A stretch of DNA of 64,000 bases from Balanoglossus misakiensis. Taxonomy: Eukaryota; Animalia; Hemichordata. Shown here one piece after another: positions 11,801 through 24,316 of this stretch (the first letter of the stretch is position 1; each line of letters opens with the position of its first letter). The position numbers and the translations under genes were made by a program. The stretch spans positions 4,139,319 through 4,203,318 of the forward strand of contig CM082594.2 of the NCBI GenBank assembly GCA_040954595.2, given 5' to 3'. The notes beneath the pieces were generated by a model. The model was not told where the DNA came from. It saw only the letters and a list, made by a program, of their open reading frames with translations, and ran no database searches.

Positions 11801-14800
11801 AATTGTAAGGAAACTGCTGAGATGCACAACGTCTCTGAAGTGACGATTACTTCTGCAAAATACATCTGGAAGAGAAAACCCAATCTTACCCCTGCCAGGT
11901 CATAAAGTTTCACTGCGTCTTCAAACAGGCCTTTCTGCTCCGTATCCCTGGCAACCAGCTGTATGATTTTCTGGGTGTCGTCTTGGAATTTGTCGATGAC
12001 CCCCGGCTTGCGAGTACCGTCTCTCTCCAGACGACCGAGCAACGTTTCAAACTCTCGGGTCTCTGTCACAAGCTCGCTGACACATTTCATGAACAGACTC
12101 TCACGGTTTGAATCCTTCATATTCCTGAGAGAAAAAAAAACCAAGAAACAAAATTTAGTGTAACCAGTGTAAAACACTTTATTTTCGCGAGCAATTGTGT
12201 ACGATCTTGTATTTTCATACAAAGTTTTAACCCCATTTTGTCGTAAATATTTGGTGCTATCTTGTAATTTTTCAAGCAAGACAAATTTTAGATACATGGA
12301 ACTTATGACCAAGTGTATGGTTTAATCAATGAGAGAACTGCCATGTGCACAGAAATTTCAATAATTTTACCTGAGCAAATAGAAGTACTGTAAGGCCTCC
12401 CTGGGATCGGTCATTTCAAACTTTCGGGTGTAGGTCGTCACAAGTCTGGCAAAGTTCAGTCGTCTCATGGGCACTGGGTCTGTCGACTCTCTACTCACTG
12501 TGGAGAAATAAAAATGAGACATGAAAATTTTAGCAATGAATGCAGAAATGCACACTTGCTGCAGAGACAGTTGAAGGCTAGTATCATTCATTGGGAAAAT
12601 TCAAGTGTGTGAGAAAATTTGAAGATATCTTGAGATCAAGAAATTGCAGAAACTCTTTCAGTACTGAAGCAGACAAAATTATTATAAATTATTGCATGCA
12701 AGATCTTTTTTGATTCCTATGCTTATGTGACATTATACATGACTTTCTGGTGCATTTTCGAATTCTCACTTTTACTGACTGAAAGACATTCAAAGTACAG
12801 ACTACTCACGTAGTTGCGCATGGATATTTACAGGCAGAGCTAGGAGGCCCTGCTCGTACAACACTGCAGCTATGTGCACAGCGTGACTCCTCAGCCTGTC
12901 CATTCTGGACAGGAACTCGACGGCAGCCTCAAACTGGGCGGTCAGGAAGAGAACTTTGAAGTAGAGGAACGGGTGCTGGTAGGCGTTGAAGTGGGTCTCC
13001 CCGTACTCTTCCAGGAGGGACGTCTGGAACTGTCGGACGCTGAGGCCTTCGCCGCTTTCGTCGTCAACATGGACTTGGCACAACTGTCAACAGAACACAA
13101 CAGAACAGTTAGTGAAGATAATATGGATTGAAATGAGACAACTCAACAGGTACTCACTGCCTACAAGCTCAAGTATCATAAACGCCACCATTCCAGTCTA
13201 GTTTTCCCCAGAACAAGACAACATCTCTGTGCTTATATAAATCCTTTGCATCGTACCATCATTCACTACATGTATATGTAGCCTACTTTTACGAACATGA
13301 ACTACAAGCTTCATTAGGCAAATTATAAAATCTGGGGGATTGCCAATGGAAATACATTCTGATTAAAATCAGATGCCGGATATGGTGATGTCTTGCCTGA
13401 TACGGTATTAAAATGCTGTCGCCTTATAGTGCAAGGCAACAGCATTAGAATATTGTTACCGTGACGTAAAAAATGTCACAGTAACCTACATCTGATTTTC
13501 ATCAGATTGATGGAAATATAAACTATCAACATGTTACACATAAACTTCGACAAACAGTGATGATGGGAATAGTTTAATCCAGAACACCATGCACATGTTC
13601 AATTGCAGAGAAAACTTGGCTTTCACACCAGATTTCTCATTCGCATCAAAACACACAGGAACATAAAAGGCGCACCATTACCTTGATCCACAGATAGTCA
13701 TCTGTCTTCTCGGCTATCTCCGAATGATTCTCGTTGGCATCACAGTGACCAATCACACAGTACACAGCCCTGGTGGAAAACGAGACAACACGTGTTATAG
13801 CAGTAACTATGACTACAGCACATGCTCAGAAAAAGAACAATGTTACAATGTTAACACATTGGCGTTGTTATGACACAAACATTGTTGGTAACAAAATATC
13901 AAAATAATCGCCAGAAACCCTCAGCCTCCAACAACCCATCCACATGATGTGGTTGCCAGAGTTCCCATGGATGTCCTCAATGCATAGCAATGGTTACCAT
14001 GCTCTGTGCGCAAGGATGGTATCATCTTTGGGTTTCTTTTAATTATATAATTCGTCCACAGCAAACACAGAAAGTATGTCTACTTGGGATAGGATGACTG
14101 GAACAGGTGAAATCACCTATACAAATCCATTCCCCCATGGTCATGTCCGGGTCCGGGGATTGAACCCACAACCCTCTGATTACGAGTCCGGTACCCTCAC
14201 CACTAGGCCACACTGCCTCCTGGTTTTTCCAAAGCGAACAGACCAACAAGTCTACATGAGTGTGAACAGATCAGCTACACAATATCAACACGTTACACTG
14301 ATCTAGGAGTGTAGAACAATTCTCACCTTTTGTATGGATCTGTACTCCTTTTCACAGCTCGCCTATAATGCAGGTGTATCTTGTTTTCACTGTTTGGTGG
14401 CAGTCTGCAGAATAAAACAACGTTAATATGTACAGTATCTCAATTTGAAGAAAAGGAAACTAAACAATTTCAGTACCTGCCACAGTCATACCACATGCAC
14501 TAATTCTGTTAGGATTATAATGAATCAGTACGTCTTTCACTTGATAAAGTAACAGATTTATGAACCCCATTGGGTCTATTTCTGCATAACTATAAATGCC
14601 CCTGCTTATAGCAAAAGAAATTCTTCAGTGCATTCACACTGATGTTTACCTTCTGTCTCCAGAACGTATGTATTCTTCAAAGTATTGTCTGAATTCGCCA
14701 AGATTTTGTCTGAAAATAAACAGGCATGAAATACTAGTCAGTGACATCACACATGATATAGCCTTGAGCTGATGCGCATAGTATGCAGGTCAAGATTTTC

Positions 14801-17800
14801 ACATGTGGTTGCACGATAACTTTCCTTCAGAATTCTTCCTTCAATAGAAATTATGATTCCCTACTCGTACTCCCTCACTGAATAAAAAATAAAATGAAGA
14901 ATTTTTTTTTATCAGAAACCCTCAGCCTCCAACAATCCATCCACATGATGTGCTTGTCAGAGTTCCCATGGATGTCCTCAATGCATAGCAACGGTTACCA
15001 TGCTCTGTGCGCAAGGATGGTATCATCATTGGGTTTCCGAGAGCAACCAGATCAATAACTCTAGTCTCTACATGTGCCGAGTCAAGCACATAATATCCTG
15101 ACGCAAGGGCCCAAAGTTCAAAGACATGTGATACAACGTCTCGCAATGTACAATACATGACTACACTGCCTCCCCAATCACCCGTAATCAACGCATCTCG
15201 TCGAACACAACTTACGTCGCTTTGTCCACTGCGTTCAGCGCAGCCTGTAAATCGCCACATCGGAGACAGTAGTAGATCACGGCCCACACAGGATTACACT
15301 GCACATCTCCATCCTGTGGGAGGAAAATGACAGAGTACAGATTTACAATCGGACTGTGTTCTGAGCTAACGTGGATCTTTCAGTCAGTGTGTACCAGCAA
15401 ACAGGGACAGGTATGTAGTAGATTTCATGAGCAGTAGGGTATGTAAAAATAAAGTAACAACTTTTAATGCAGTGTTTGACATGACATGAAACTGAAGTGA
15501 AATACATAGCTTGGTTAAGGGGTCATGTCATACAGCATATCATATTGTGTTGTGTTTATGGCATCCAAACATACCTCAAGACCAGGTGTATTGGGAGGAA
15601 GCTTGATATTCAGGAAGCTTCTGACGAGATTGTAAGTTCCAGGTATACCTCCCAGCTGTGCTTGTTGTAAATTACCATAGACTGTATTGGTGATGTATTT
15701 CACATAGCTGTCAGGATAAGAAAACACAGATATCAGACATCATACAACGAAAACTGCCTCAGCGAGACACTCAAGAAAATTTGACTGGAAGTGCTGTACT
15801 AGGATATACACAAAATTTAATTTAACTGAATATTACAGATTTCGATTGACTTGCACATTTCACCAAAATGATATTTAAATATTGAAATAAGAAATCATAC
15901 ATATTATATGTAAATATCAGAAATGGATATCTTACATGTACATTTGGTTCTACTTTCTCTGCTGTCACTAAAAACATGAATTATCAAACTTTCGCCGTGA
16001 AACCAGAGATTGACACCAACCTTTCTTCCAGGTACTGTCTTGCTTGGTTGACGAATCCCACCTGCATATCTTTGGTGTTCCTGGCCAGCATAACGGTTGG
16101 TGCCGTCTTGAGTGGCACGCTTATCATGTATCTCACCATTGTCCATACATCAATTACATTCTGAGTGCAATCAAAGGCAATGGGATGTCAGAAAATAGTG
16201 CTGAAGACACTGTGCTCCCATTTGATCAGATTTGTTTCTTTCAAGTGCAACATGCATCAGTTGTATACTAATCAATTTCCAATATTATTCCACAAGGGTA
16301 ATTTTAGCATTCTTAGAACCCTCCCAGCTTCTTATAAGGCACAAAGAATTTGCATTCGACTCACCTGGTCGTCAAGTTTTTCTGCAACTTGCTCAAAGAG
16401 ATGGGTGAGATTTGACTTGACACCGCTCCGTACCAACTGATCATTGTAGATGAACAACTGTAACACCACAAGACGTTTGAATAAATAGTTAATAAATGGG
16501 TGTACCATTCAAATATGGCTGCCTAAATACAAACATGGAAAAATAGTGGATATGTTACATAAAAGATTTATAAGAACTAGGATTTTTTTCCCCAGAAATA
16601 ACCGTCATCAGATTACAAGGAATGTCTTCCATTGAGAAATAATATTCCCACATGAAGGAACGACTTGTTTCTCTCAGGAAAATAGACCATTTGGGGGGGG
16701 GGGGGGGGGGATATAGTACCACAGGTCAACAGTCGTATGCTGTTTCCCCCACGGCCAGTCAATATGCGTGTACTACTATACCTGTCTGGAATAAGCCATT
16801 TCTACATTGTCCATTGCACTCCTTCCTTTCATATCAACACTATCACTGAGTATACTTTCGGTTTCTTGCGGTATGTCCAGCACATCTGTACTTGCGCCGA
16901 TCAGAGCGTTTAAAATCTTCTGCTTTTCTTGTTCCCATTCAGTCTGCATATTGTCCCAGTGATGTTTTTCTGTCTGTTGGAAAGTCTGTCAGGAAGGAAA
17001 ACAATAATTTCTCACATTTTAACCCAGATTATTGGGGGTCTGAAACCATTTCATGTTATTAATTGTGTGACTATTAATTCAACCTCTTCAGAAAGGAAGC
17101 TGCTATCATTATGGGGGTGTCCCCTTAGATATATTGAAGCACCACAAAATCATGAACTCACCAGTTTTCTTTTCTCTTCAATTGTTGTCAACACAGCATT
17201 TTCTCTTTCATTCTTTAGAAACCCCTGAAAAAATGGAAAGTGGAATTAATTTCACACTATCTTTAAAGATTAATATAATAAATATATGAAAATAAAAAAT
17301 TTACAAACAAATTTTAGACGCATACAAATTGAATGACATCACGTTACCTGCAGATCAGTTTCGCGTACTGGTTCCAATGGTTCGAAAGTTTTGGCAGACC
17401 TCAGAGTTTCTAACCTCTGTGATATTTTTGGAACGTCCAGCCCAGTCGATCCGAGGAGAATCGATCTATAGGATATGTCAGAGATGACTTTTGTCAGAAG
17501 AGCATAACATAGTGGGTTGGCAAAAATTGTTTTCATGAATTTTGTTCGAGATGTGTTGTTTTAACCCTTTCACCCCCAGTTTCACCAACAGTGGTCCGAC
17601 CTTACCACAGAAAACAATGGGTTTGGACTGAACCATTGAGGTGATGGTGGTGAAAGGGTTAAAGGAAAATTTATAATTGTGTTTCTGTCTTTGTTCATGT
17701 ATGTATGTATGTATGTATGTATGTATGTATGTATGTATGTATGTATGTATGTATGTATGTATGTATGTATGTATGTTTGTATGTATGTATGTATGTACGT

Positions 17801-17804
17801 ACGT

Positions 17805-17845
<41 letters not shown>

Positions 17846-18060
17846 CATGCATGTACACTGCAAACATTGATTACATACGCTTTCACATCAGCTGCTTCTT
17901 GAACCCTGGCTTGAGCCGTCTTTGTCCACAACCTTTGCCCGGCCTCCATGATCTGGTGCAGGTTGCGGTCAACTCTGGGCAGATCAGCGCCGCTGTCCAT
18001 GTCAGCAGTCAGCTGTTCTGCCTGGTGCAGCAAATCACCGAACCCACTCATCGTCTCCAT
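8871..18060 (-). CDS. NUP93: Nuclear pore complex protein Nup93/Nic96 (~822 aa, 19 coding exons)
   Basis: Exons: 17879-18060, 17348-17465, 17162-17224, 16782-16985, 16365-16457, 16021-16160, 15575-15707, 15216-15313, 14650-14709, 14327-14404, 13682-13769, 12810-13083, 12371-12497, 11890-12124, 11173-11291, 10448-10565, 10210-10293, 9707-9841, 8871-8990. All junctions are GT-AG with consistent phase (2469 nt total). Nup93 signature peptides: [45 protein letters not shown], and C-terminal [27 protein letters not shown]. Confidence 0.96.
9124..9296. mobile_element. TA-flanked CGCG-rich MITE family copy (right end truncated)
   Basis: Left end TA|CTGTAAAACACTTTATTTTCGCG. The internal sequence matches the reverse complement of the 59826-60031 copy. 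Confidence 0.75.
10752..11095. mobile_element. TTAA-flanked fold-back MITE (Kolobok-like termini)
   Basis: TTAA|AGGGACAAAGTCTCTCTC...GAGAGAGACTTTGTCCCT|TTAA. The ~170-bp arms pair along nearly the whole length with almost no loop. A second copy lies at ~22908-23144. Confidence 0.8.
11306..11400. repeat. (GAAT)n microsatellite
   Basis: Tandem GAAT units next to a NUP93 acceptor site. Confidence 0.9.
13357..13508. mobile_element. Small inverted-repeat (MITE-like) element
   Basis: The ends TCTGATTAAAATCAGATG ... CATCTGATTTTCATCAGA are near-perfect inverted repeats. Confidence 0.45.
13914..14036 (-). ncRNA. Intronic box C/D snoRNA candidate, copy A (U6-complementary, SNORD23-like)
   Basis: Sense to NUP93. 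Terminal stem GAAACCC/GGGTTTC, degenerate box C AAGATGA, then CATCCTTGCGCA (complement of U6 UGCGCAAGGAUG), and box D CTGA at the 3' end. Near-identical to 14915-15037. Confidence 0.75.
14045..14220 (-). mobile_element. tRNA-derived SINE (tRNA-Thr(CGT)-like head) in a NUP93 intron
   Basis: The minus strand has A box TGGCCTAGTGG, anticodon-like loop CTCGTAA and B box GGTTCAATCC. The acceptor and anticodon stems do not pair, so it is not a functional tRNA. The 3' boundary is approximate. Confidence 0.65.
14915..15037 (-). ncRNA. Intronic box C/D snoRNA candidate, copy B (U6-complementary, SNORD23-like)
   Basis: Sense to NUP93. Terminal stem GAAACCC/GGGTTTC, perfect box C ATGATGA (15023-15029), U6-antisense CATCCTTGCGCA (15008-15019), and box D CTGA (14922-14925). 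Confidence 0.82.
17561..17662. mobile_element. piggyBac-type ~95-bp MITE (TTAA|CCCT...AGGG|TTAA), representative copy
   Basis: TTAACCCTTTCACC...GGTGAAAGGGTTAA. Related copies lie at ~8441-8528, 20024-20112, 20588-20660, 43230-43258 (partial), 44219-44303, 48643-48730 and 50810-50902. They share TTTGGAC/GTCCAAA and AACCATGG blocks. Confidence 0.8.
17697..17845. repeat. (ATGT)n plus (GT)n compound microsatellite
   Basis: Seen directly. It generates the spurious MYVC/HTYI ORFs. Confidence 0.95.
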
Positions 18061-18794
18061 CTTGGATTCAAAGGTGTCTCACAAGAAAATGACAAACACT
18101 AAAAAAAAACAAATACATGTATGTACATTTACCCTGTGGAAATATGGTACTGTTGGTAGAGATGGTTTTGTCAATCCAAACGGAATGACATACTTGTCAG
18201 GGCTCCATCTGAAATTCCAAAATCTAAACTGAATTTGGAATTCTTTTTAGACATATACAACAGTGACAATAGCTGCAGTTCTGTAGCTCGAGGTTTTGCC
18301 TTAGTCTGCTTTTGTCGTCTGACACACAAACCAAATCAAAACCACGAGCTACTGAACTGCACCTACAGTGACAATAGCTGCAATGATTGCATGTATACAT
18401 CTATGGACGTCCATGATGTATACAATCAGCTAGTACAGTATCATGCCAGACTAGCTGCAGTACAGCATGTCGTTGTACCAGTGTATTAGAAATGTCTGAA
18501 CTTCTGAATTAAATAATGTAGATCATAAAGAAGATTGGACCCAGTGTTCTTCAGGTACACAACGACAGCCTCTACTGAAACGTTGGTCTTGTTTTGTTAT
18601 TGTACTACATGTACTACTACTTCCGGTATTGGACACATTGATGTCTATGCCGTGCGTAAGTACAAAAAAGCCCAAGAATACAATATTAACACACTGAGAA
18701 GTAATTTTTGAACACACTCACCCTTTGGATTAACGTATCGACTCTTGGACTAGGAAAAAATAAACAAACTAGTTGCTGGGAAGACGAGAATGAC

Positions 18795-18935
18795 TTGCTC
18801 ACCGTTATGACATTGGAAGAAATGAAACACCCGCCATGTGAGGAAACATACGGTTGGCATGAGATTCGGATTCGGATTACGAATCAGCAAATCTGGAGAT
18901 TCCTTTGGAATCTGACTCGAACAATCTCCGAATTC
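18795..18935 (-). promoter_or_regulatory. Probable NUP93 non-coding first exon and promoter
   Basis: Minus-strand donor ACG|GTGAGC at ~18800, YY1-like CATGGCGG at ~18831-18838, and local CpG enrichment. Confidence 0.45.
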
Positions 18936-21303
18936 ATGCAGCCATGCAACAGTTTTGACCGCAACAATTTGTTTTACTCCTTCTTTTTCTCACTTTATTA
19001 TTTCCGTGTGGCTCTTTTATGTTTTTGCACAAATATGCGCTCGACATGTCCGAATTTGCTATATCAAGGCACATTATATGACGCGCCAACGTTGACGTGT
19101 TGATGCTACTGACAAATTCTTTCGTTTTCACTTGCACATTTCAGTTTTTTTTTACCTTGAGGGCGTTTACGCCAAAATAGCCACACCCAACTGAGTGTAT
19201 CTAACCTTTATCTATGTAATTCCTTTTTCTGATTCACTGCATCATGCTGAATGCTTCCTTGGCATTATTAGGGTAGCTAGCTACACATTGTAACACATTG
19301 AGTGGTATACGAGAAGGGGAGAGTCACTTTAACATTAAACCCCCATACCCATCAATATCAACATACAATGCAATCAGCAATACCAATGCACATCTGACAC
19401 TGCCATCCTAACTGAGACAGACATACAGTGAATCAAACTAGATTACGCCAATACACCCACAACAATACTCACTTCTCAAGTACACTTCTTGTTTGGGGGG
19501 AGGTGGGGGTGGGGTGGGGGGGGGGGGTACTGCCAATGGCACTTGGTGTGAAAATACTTCATACACTCAGCAAAAGAAAGAGTACACGGATTTTTATTAC
19601 AGAAAATTACCACCAACAGTTCAGCTGTACAAATGGACAGTAACTTTTCTACCTCATAATTTACTGATATAGTATTGTACCAATTTGATCCACAACACAC
19701 TACTATAGTCACCAAATGGCACAAAACTCCCTTCATTGTGAAAAAAACAGTGCAAAAGACACACATTCTTTGTAAATTGAAGGATTCTTTATCATTGGAA
19801 TAATATCGATTATTTGCCAAAAATTTAAAAAGTACCAAAAGTCAAAACAGGCAGAATGTACTAAAAGGCTTGACATAAAAAAAGAATGAATTCATTACTA
19901 GTTTTTTTATTTGACAATCCCACCTTGGAAGTGTGTGGTTTTGTAGCTTTTCATCAACACTACTTCAGAACCTTTCTCAGATCTAAGAAGTCAGCAACAT
20001 GCATGGTACTGAAACTGAACAGCTAACCCTTTCACCCCTGTTTCCCTGTACAGAGGTCAGGCACTGCCATTGAGAACAATGGAGTTGGACTAAACCATGG
20101 CGGTGAAAGGGTGAAAAAACATGACAATCTCTCAGTAGATCTTCCTAACACCAGTTGCCATAGTGTTTTGAGTTAAACATTGAAAGAAAAAGAGTCTGCC
20201 TGTTTTTATATGATGTCCATCTCGTAGTTCATAATCAAATGAATTCTGAAAGACCTACATACCAATTCAAAGCCTGCTGAATTATTAATATCACGTTTCC
20301 TGTATCAGGTTAATTATAAATTATGTGATGTGGCTCAGTCATTCTGATTGCCAACTCATTTCGCTAGGTGATTTGGTGTCGTGGGTTGTGGTATAAAGAC
20401 TATTGATAAATACTCACATGTCAATTATATGTACAGAAAATTTCTCTTCTGAAAATTATGCCAGGTGCAGGGGACTGACTATGCGGAGTCATGCATTGCG
20501 TTCAGTTAAGAGTTCCTATGGTGACAGTACATGTACTTGCCACCTTTACATAAAAAGTTTAGAAAAACAGAACCTGAATTGCCAACATTAACCCTTTTAC
20601 CACCATGGCTATGGTCAGGTCGAACCACTCTATAGAGAGAACTGGGGGTGAAAGGGTTAAATATACCACTTCATGAAAAGACAAACTCTAGTTTGTTTCT
20701 CATGAAGTTCTCTCTTGAAAGAAACCCAGAATCAGAGATACTGTATTTAATAATTTTGTTGAATTATTATAAATCAGTAAAATAGCTACTAGCTGAATGG
20801 TAAAAATAATAAACAGGATGCTCTTTGGGACATATCTTTCTTTTATCAGAACGTCTCTAATAGTTTTTCAAGCTCAAATATCGATAAATCTGAAATATAT
20901 AAATTCCAGAATTACTGCTGGCTGTGCTTCCAAACAAGTTCTTGAGCAGAATATAACGCAAAGTTTGACAAGTCTACTTTCCGTATGCATACTACATGAC
21001 TGTTATTTACAAGGAAAGTAAACATACAATCTTTCCCTCCGGTCAAATCAACAAAAATCAAACATAGCCCTGCACAATGACAAACTCTTCTTAAGGTGAT
21101 TACTATTGAAAGTAAATGTCTTTTCACCAGTATGCCATGAAAACTTTATAAAAACTTGCCAGTATTTGATGGTACTAACCAAAAGTCAGCCTAATGCCTG
21201 TAACTACGAGATTGTACAATATTTACAACTATACTATATTGAACCATTAGTCAGTGATAACAGCAGCCGCGATCATACAGTTTACAAAATGATTTACAGT
21301 CTG

Positions 21304-23087
21304 TTAGTTTGCCCATGCTGCAAGTTCTGCAATATCTTCATCCTCCTCTTTTTCTGAAAAAAAAAAAAAAAAAAAATTTGATGATTATGAGATATTTTGA
21401 TCACGCATAATCAAACAAAAATTGGACATCAGCATTGTATCTTATAGAATTCACTGACTCTTTTGTAAGATTTGTGAAGTTATTTTCGAGAGTATTTTGG
21501 TGTTTTCTGTGACTGGACTTTCCTGAAAGACTAGTACAGTGCATGATATTCTGCATCCCGAGTGAAAATTATTGCCAAACGGCAACAGATCGTATGCTGA
21601 AGTTATGGGCTGATTATCGCATACATGCTCTCAAATATGATGAAAGTTCTGCAGAGCATGTGACATCGTTGTTGAACTTTGAAGATCTGGACAACTATCC
21701 GTTTCCTGAAAATTTGTCCCAGAGGCCTGTACTACTTCAAACATTTCAAACTTTGCAGAGACAGTGAAAATCACAGCAAATCTACCTTTGGCTTTTGTCT
21801 TTGGAACTTCTGATGGTACGCTTGGAAGATTATCGACTGGCGTGGGTCCAATCTTGAGCAGCTCCTCATCGAGATCTTCCTGTTCTAACTCCTCCAGTTC
21901 TGCCAACAACTCATCCTGTATCAAACAAACAAATAAGCATAAACTGCATGTTTACCTTTGCACTCTGACCTCATGGTGACCTATGACATCACTCATGACG
22001 AGCTGAGTTCAAAGACTATACACAACTTAGCTAAATAATGTTACGTATACATGTACTACATGAAAATGTACTTCACCCAAAAAGGTGTCAAAGCCAAATC
22101 TAATTTGTAATGCTGGTTTTTGAGTCAACCAACGTCACTGCTAATTGTCAGCTTTCCAATTTCACTCAACTCACTAAACTTTCACGGTCACCTTTCAACT
22201 TTATGGGAATTCTTAGTTTTATCCCCCACCGTGAAGAATCCACAAAGAACAAAAACAATTCTGATGATGTTTCACTCATCGTTTCTTATGCTGTCTCTCT
22301 CAAGTTTCTCTCTGGTGCTATAAATCCGCAGAACTTGCAAATGACATACTGTAAAACACTTTATTTTCGCGAGCATTAAATTTATGCTAAATACGCGAGA
22401 GCCAAAAGAACGCGAAAATAAAGACTCGCGTACATATAGTTGTGAAAGAACAATGTGTGAAAACGCGAAAATTAATACTCGCGTAACAGTGGCCTCTCTC
22501 GATATCGCGAAAAAAAAGTGTTTTACAGTAACAAGAGCCAAGTCAATCGCAAGAAATTTCCACTGGCCCCTGAGAGTGATCCAAATACACAATTTACAAT
22601 ATCTCCTTCTTTTCCTGAGCAATTCTCAGAGTAGTGCAAGAACAGACACTGCGCGTCTTCCCAAACACCCACCTCATCCATGTCTTGACCGAATCCAATG
22701 GGATTCGAGATGGCGTCTGAAATTTCGTTAGCCAGTTCATGTTGTTCGTGAATATCATCCATCATATCATGGACATCATCAACATCACTGAAAAGAGTCG
22801 TAAAACGCAATGAAAATGTGTTATTATAATTATATGCCATTGTTTTGCTTCGTAATTTCTATAGCAAACATATGTCTTTGTAATATACTGATTATCTGTC
22901 TGACACTTAAAGGGACAGTCTCTCTCTCGCTACCCTTTTTCCATTAATTATGTTTAATGCAAGACACCGTTTATGTTATTATGGAAGCTGTGTGTGGTAG
23001 GACGTTGATCCACTATATATCCACATGTACTTTTGTAGAATAACATAAATGGTGTCTTGTATCAAACATAATTAATTGGAAAAGGGC

Positions 23088-23140
<53 letters not shown>

Positions 23141-24316
23141 TGTCAAATCCAAATATCATGATGAAAATTTCAGTATCACAAATTTAACTGAAACAAATTT
23201 TTAAGTACTTACAGCTGTTGGTGAGCACTTTTCATTGCTTTGGCCGCATAGCCCATGGTCTTCAACACTTCTGTATTTGTATTAGCACCTTCGAGGGCTT
23301 CTCTCTGGAATTCAATCGTCGAAAGTGTTCCGTCTATCTGTGCTAGCTGTTTCTCATACCGTTTCTTCCTTTTCAAAGCCATCAGTGCAGCTACAAATTG
23401 AAAAAGAAATGCTCTTACTAATTGAGAGAAAGTTTTGACATTATGCCTGGGGTACCACTGAATAAAAATGACTGAACCTGCAGCTCTCGTGTGAGTCAAA
23501 AGGGAGAGTATGAAAAAGTTTTCCTCCGATGTAGTAGTATTTTTTCTAGAACAACAATTAAAACATCTCTGTATTAGTTTACTGTTCATGATTTTACTTT
23601 TGTTACTTATATCTGCCATGCCACATCATGACAGACACAATCCCAGTTTCACTCAGTTTTGCATACGACGTATATTTCTCAGTCAGGTTATATAATGTAC
23701 AATTGTAAACTTATTTGAGTGACGTCCATCCAGCGACTACATCTTTTCTGGTGATTCCTGAATCTCTCATCCAAGGAGAAATCTGTAAAGCTATCTAATA
23801 TGTGTGTATGCATATAATCACAGTCATGTGAGAGAGCTATGAGTCACAATCTTTGTATGGAACATACACCGTACATGACGTACTCTAGTACACCTACGGT
23901 ATGGCGACAGGAGCCATCAAGCAGCTGGTCTCTGATTGTATATACGCCGTTTCCGAGTCAGATGCCATCATGCCACTTCTCAGAGAAAACGTCAACGACA
24001 GATTCGCACAAGTTCATACTAATCTGACCTTGACATGTCGAACGAAATCCCGGAAGTGTGCACGATTAACATCCCCGTGTCATTTGGTCCCACAATACGT
24101 CGACACTTCTGCATTCTGCCTAATAAGATATAAGCTGACATTACCTCTCTTGTTTTTTGTGCCCATTTGTTTGGCTGTTTTTAATTCATCGGAGATCTTC
24201 TTCTCTATGTGTTGTTGCTTCTTCTCCAACATTTCTTCCGTCTCTCGCAGCTTTTGGATCGCCTCCTGCGTCGACGGCGCCGCGGCCTTTTTCGACTTAC
24301 CAAACAGAAATGACAT
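21304..24316 (-). CDS. CHMP4B: Charged multivesicular body protein 4 (ESCRT-III Snf7/Vps32), ~214 aa, 5 exons
   Basis: Exons 24145-24316, 23213-23390, 22673-22787, 21786-21915, 21304-21353 (645 nt). Peptides: EAIQKLRETEEMLEKKQ, ALKRKKRYEKQLAQIDGTLSTIEFQREALE, EISDAISNPIGFG, DELLAELEELEQE, and the C-terminal ALIX-binding helix IAELAAWAN. The vertebrate paralog letter cannot be assigned. Confidence 0.95.
22349..22528. mobile_element. TA-flanked CGCG-rich MITE (Tc1/mariner-type)
   Basis: TA|CTGTAAAACACTTTATTTTCGCG...CGCGAAAAAAAAGTGTTTTACAG|TA. Confidence 0.8.
22908..23144. mobile_element. Second, internally deleted copy of the TTAA fold-back MITE, with an (AG)n expansion in its right terminus
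   Basis: TTAAAGGGACAGTCTCTCTCTCGCTACCC...GGGCGCG(AG)nACTTTGTC. It shares internal blocks (ATTAATTATGTTT, ACACCGTTT, TATCAAACATAAT) with 10752-11095. Confidence 0.7.

Noticed and set aside
14145-14220. Functional tRNA-Thr(CGT) gene
   Set aside because: A and B boxes are present, but the acceptor and anticodon stems do not pair. Treated as a SINE head.
17478-17902. ORFs with MYVC/HTYI repeats
   Set aside because: They are translations of the (ATGT)n/(GT)n microsatellite.
19495-19527. G-quadruplex-like G runs (also ~16692-16710)
   Set aside because: Poly-G/C tracts are scattered across the window with no positional pattern, and homopolymer lengths are error-prone.
21632-21716. Plus-strand ATGATGA...CTGA with a short stem (C/D snoRNA-like)
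   Set aside because: It is antisense to the host gene CHMP4, single copy, and has no recognisable guide. Likely chance.
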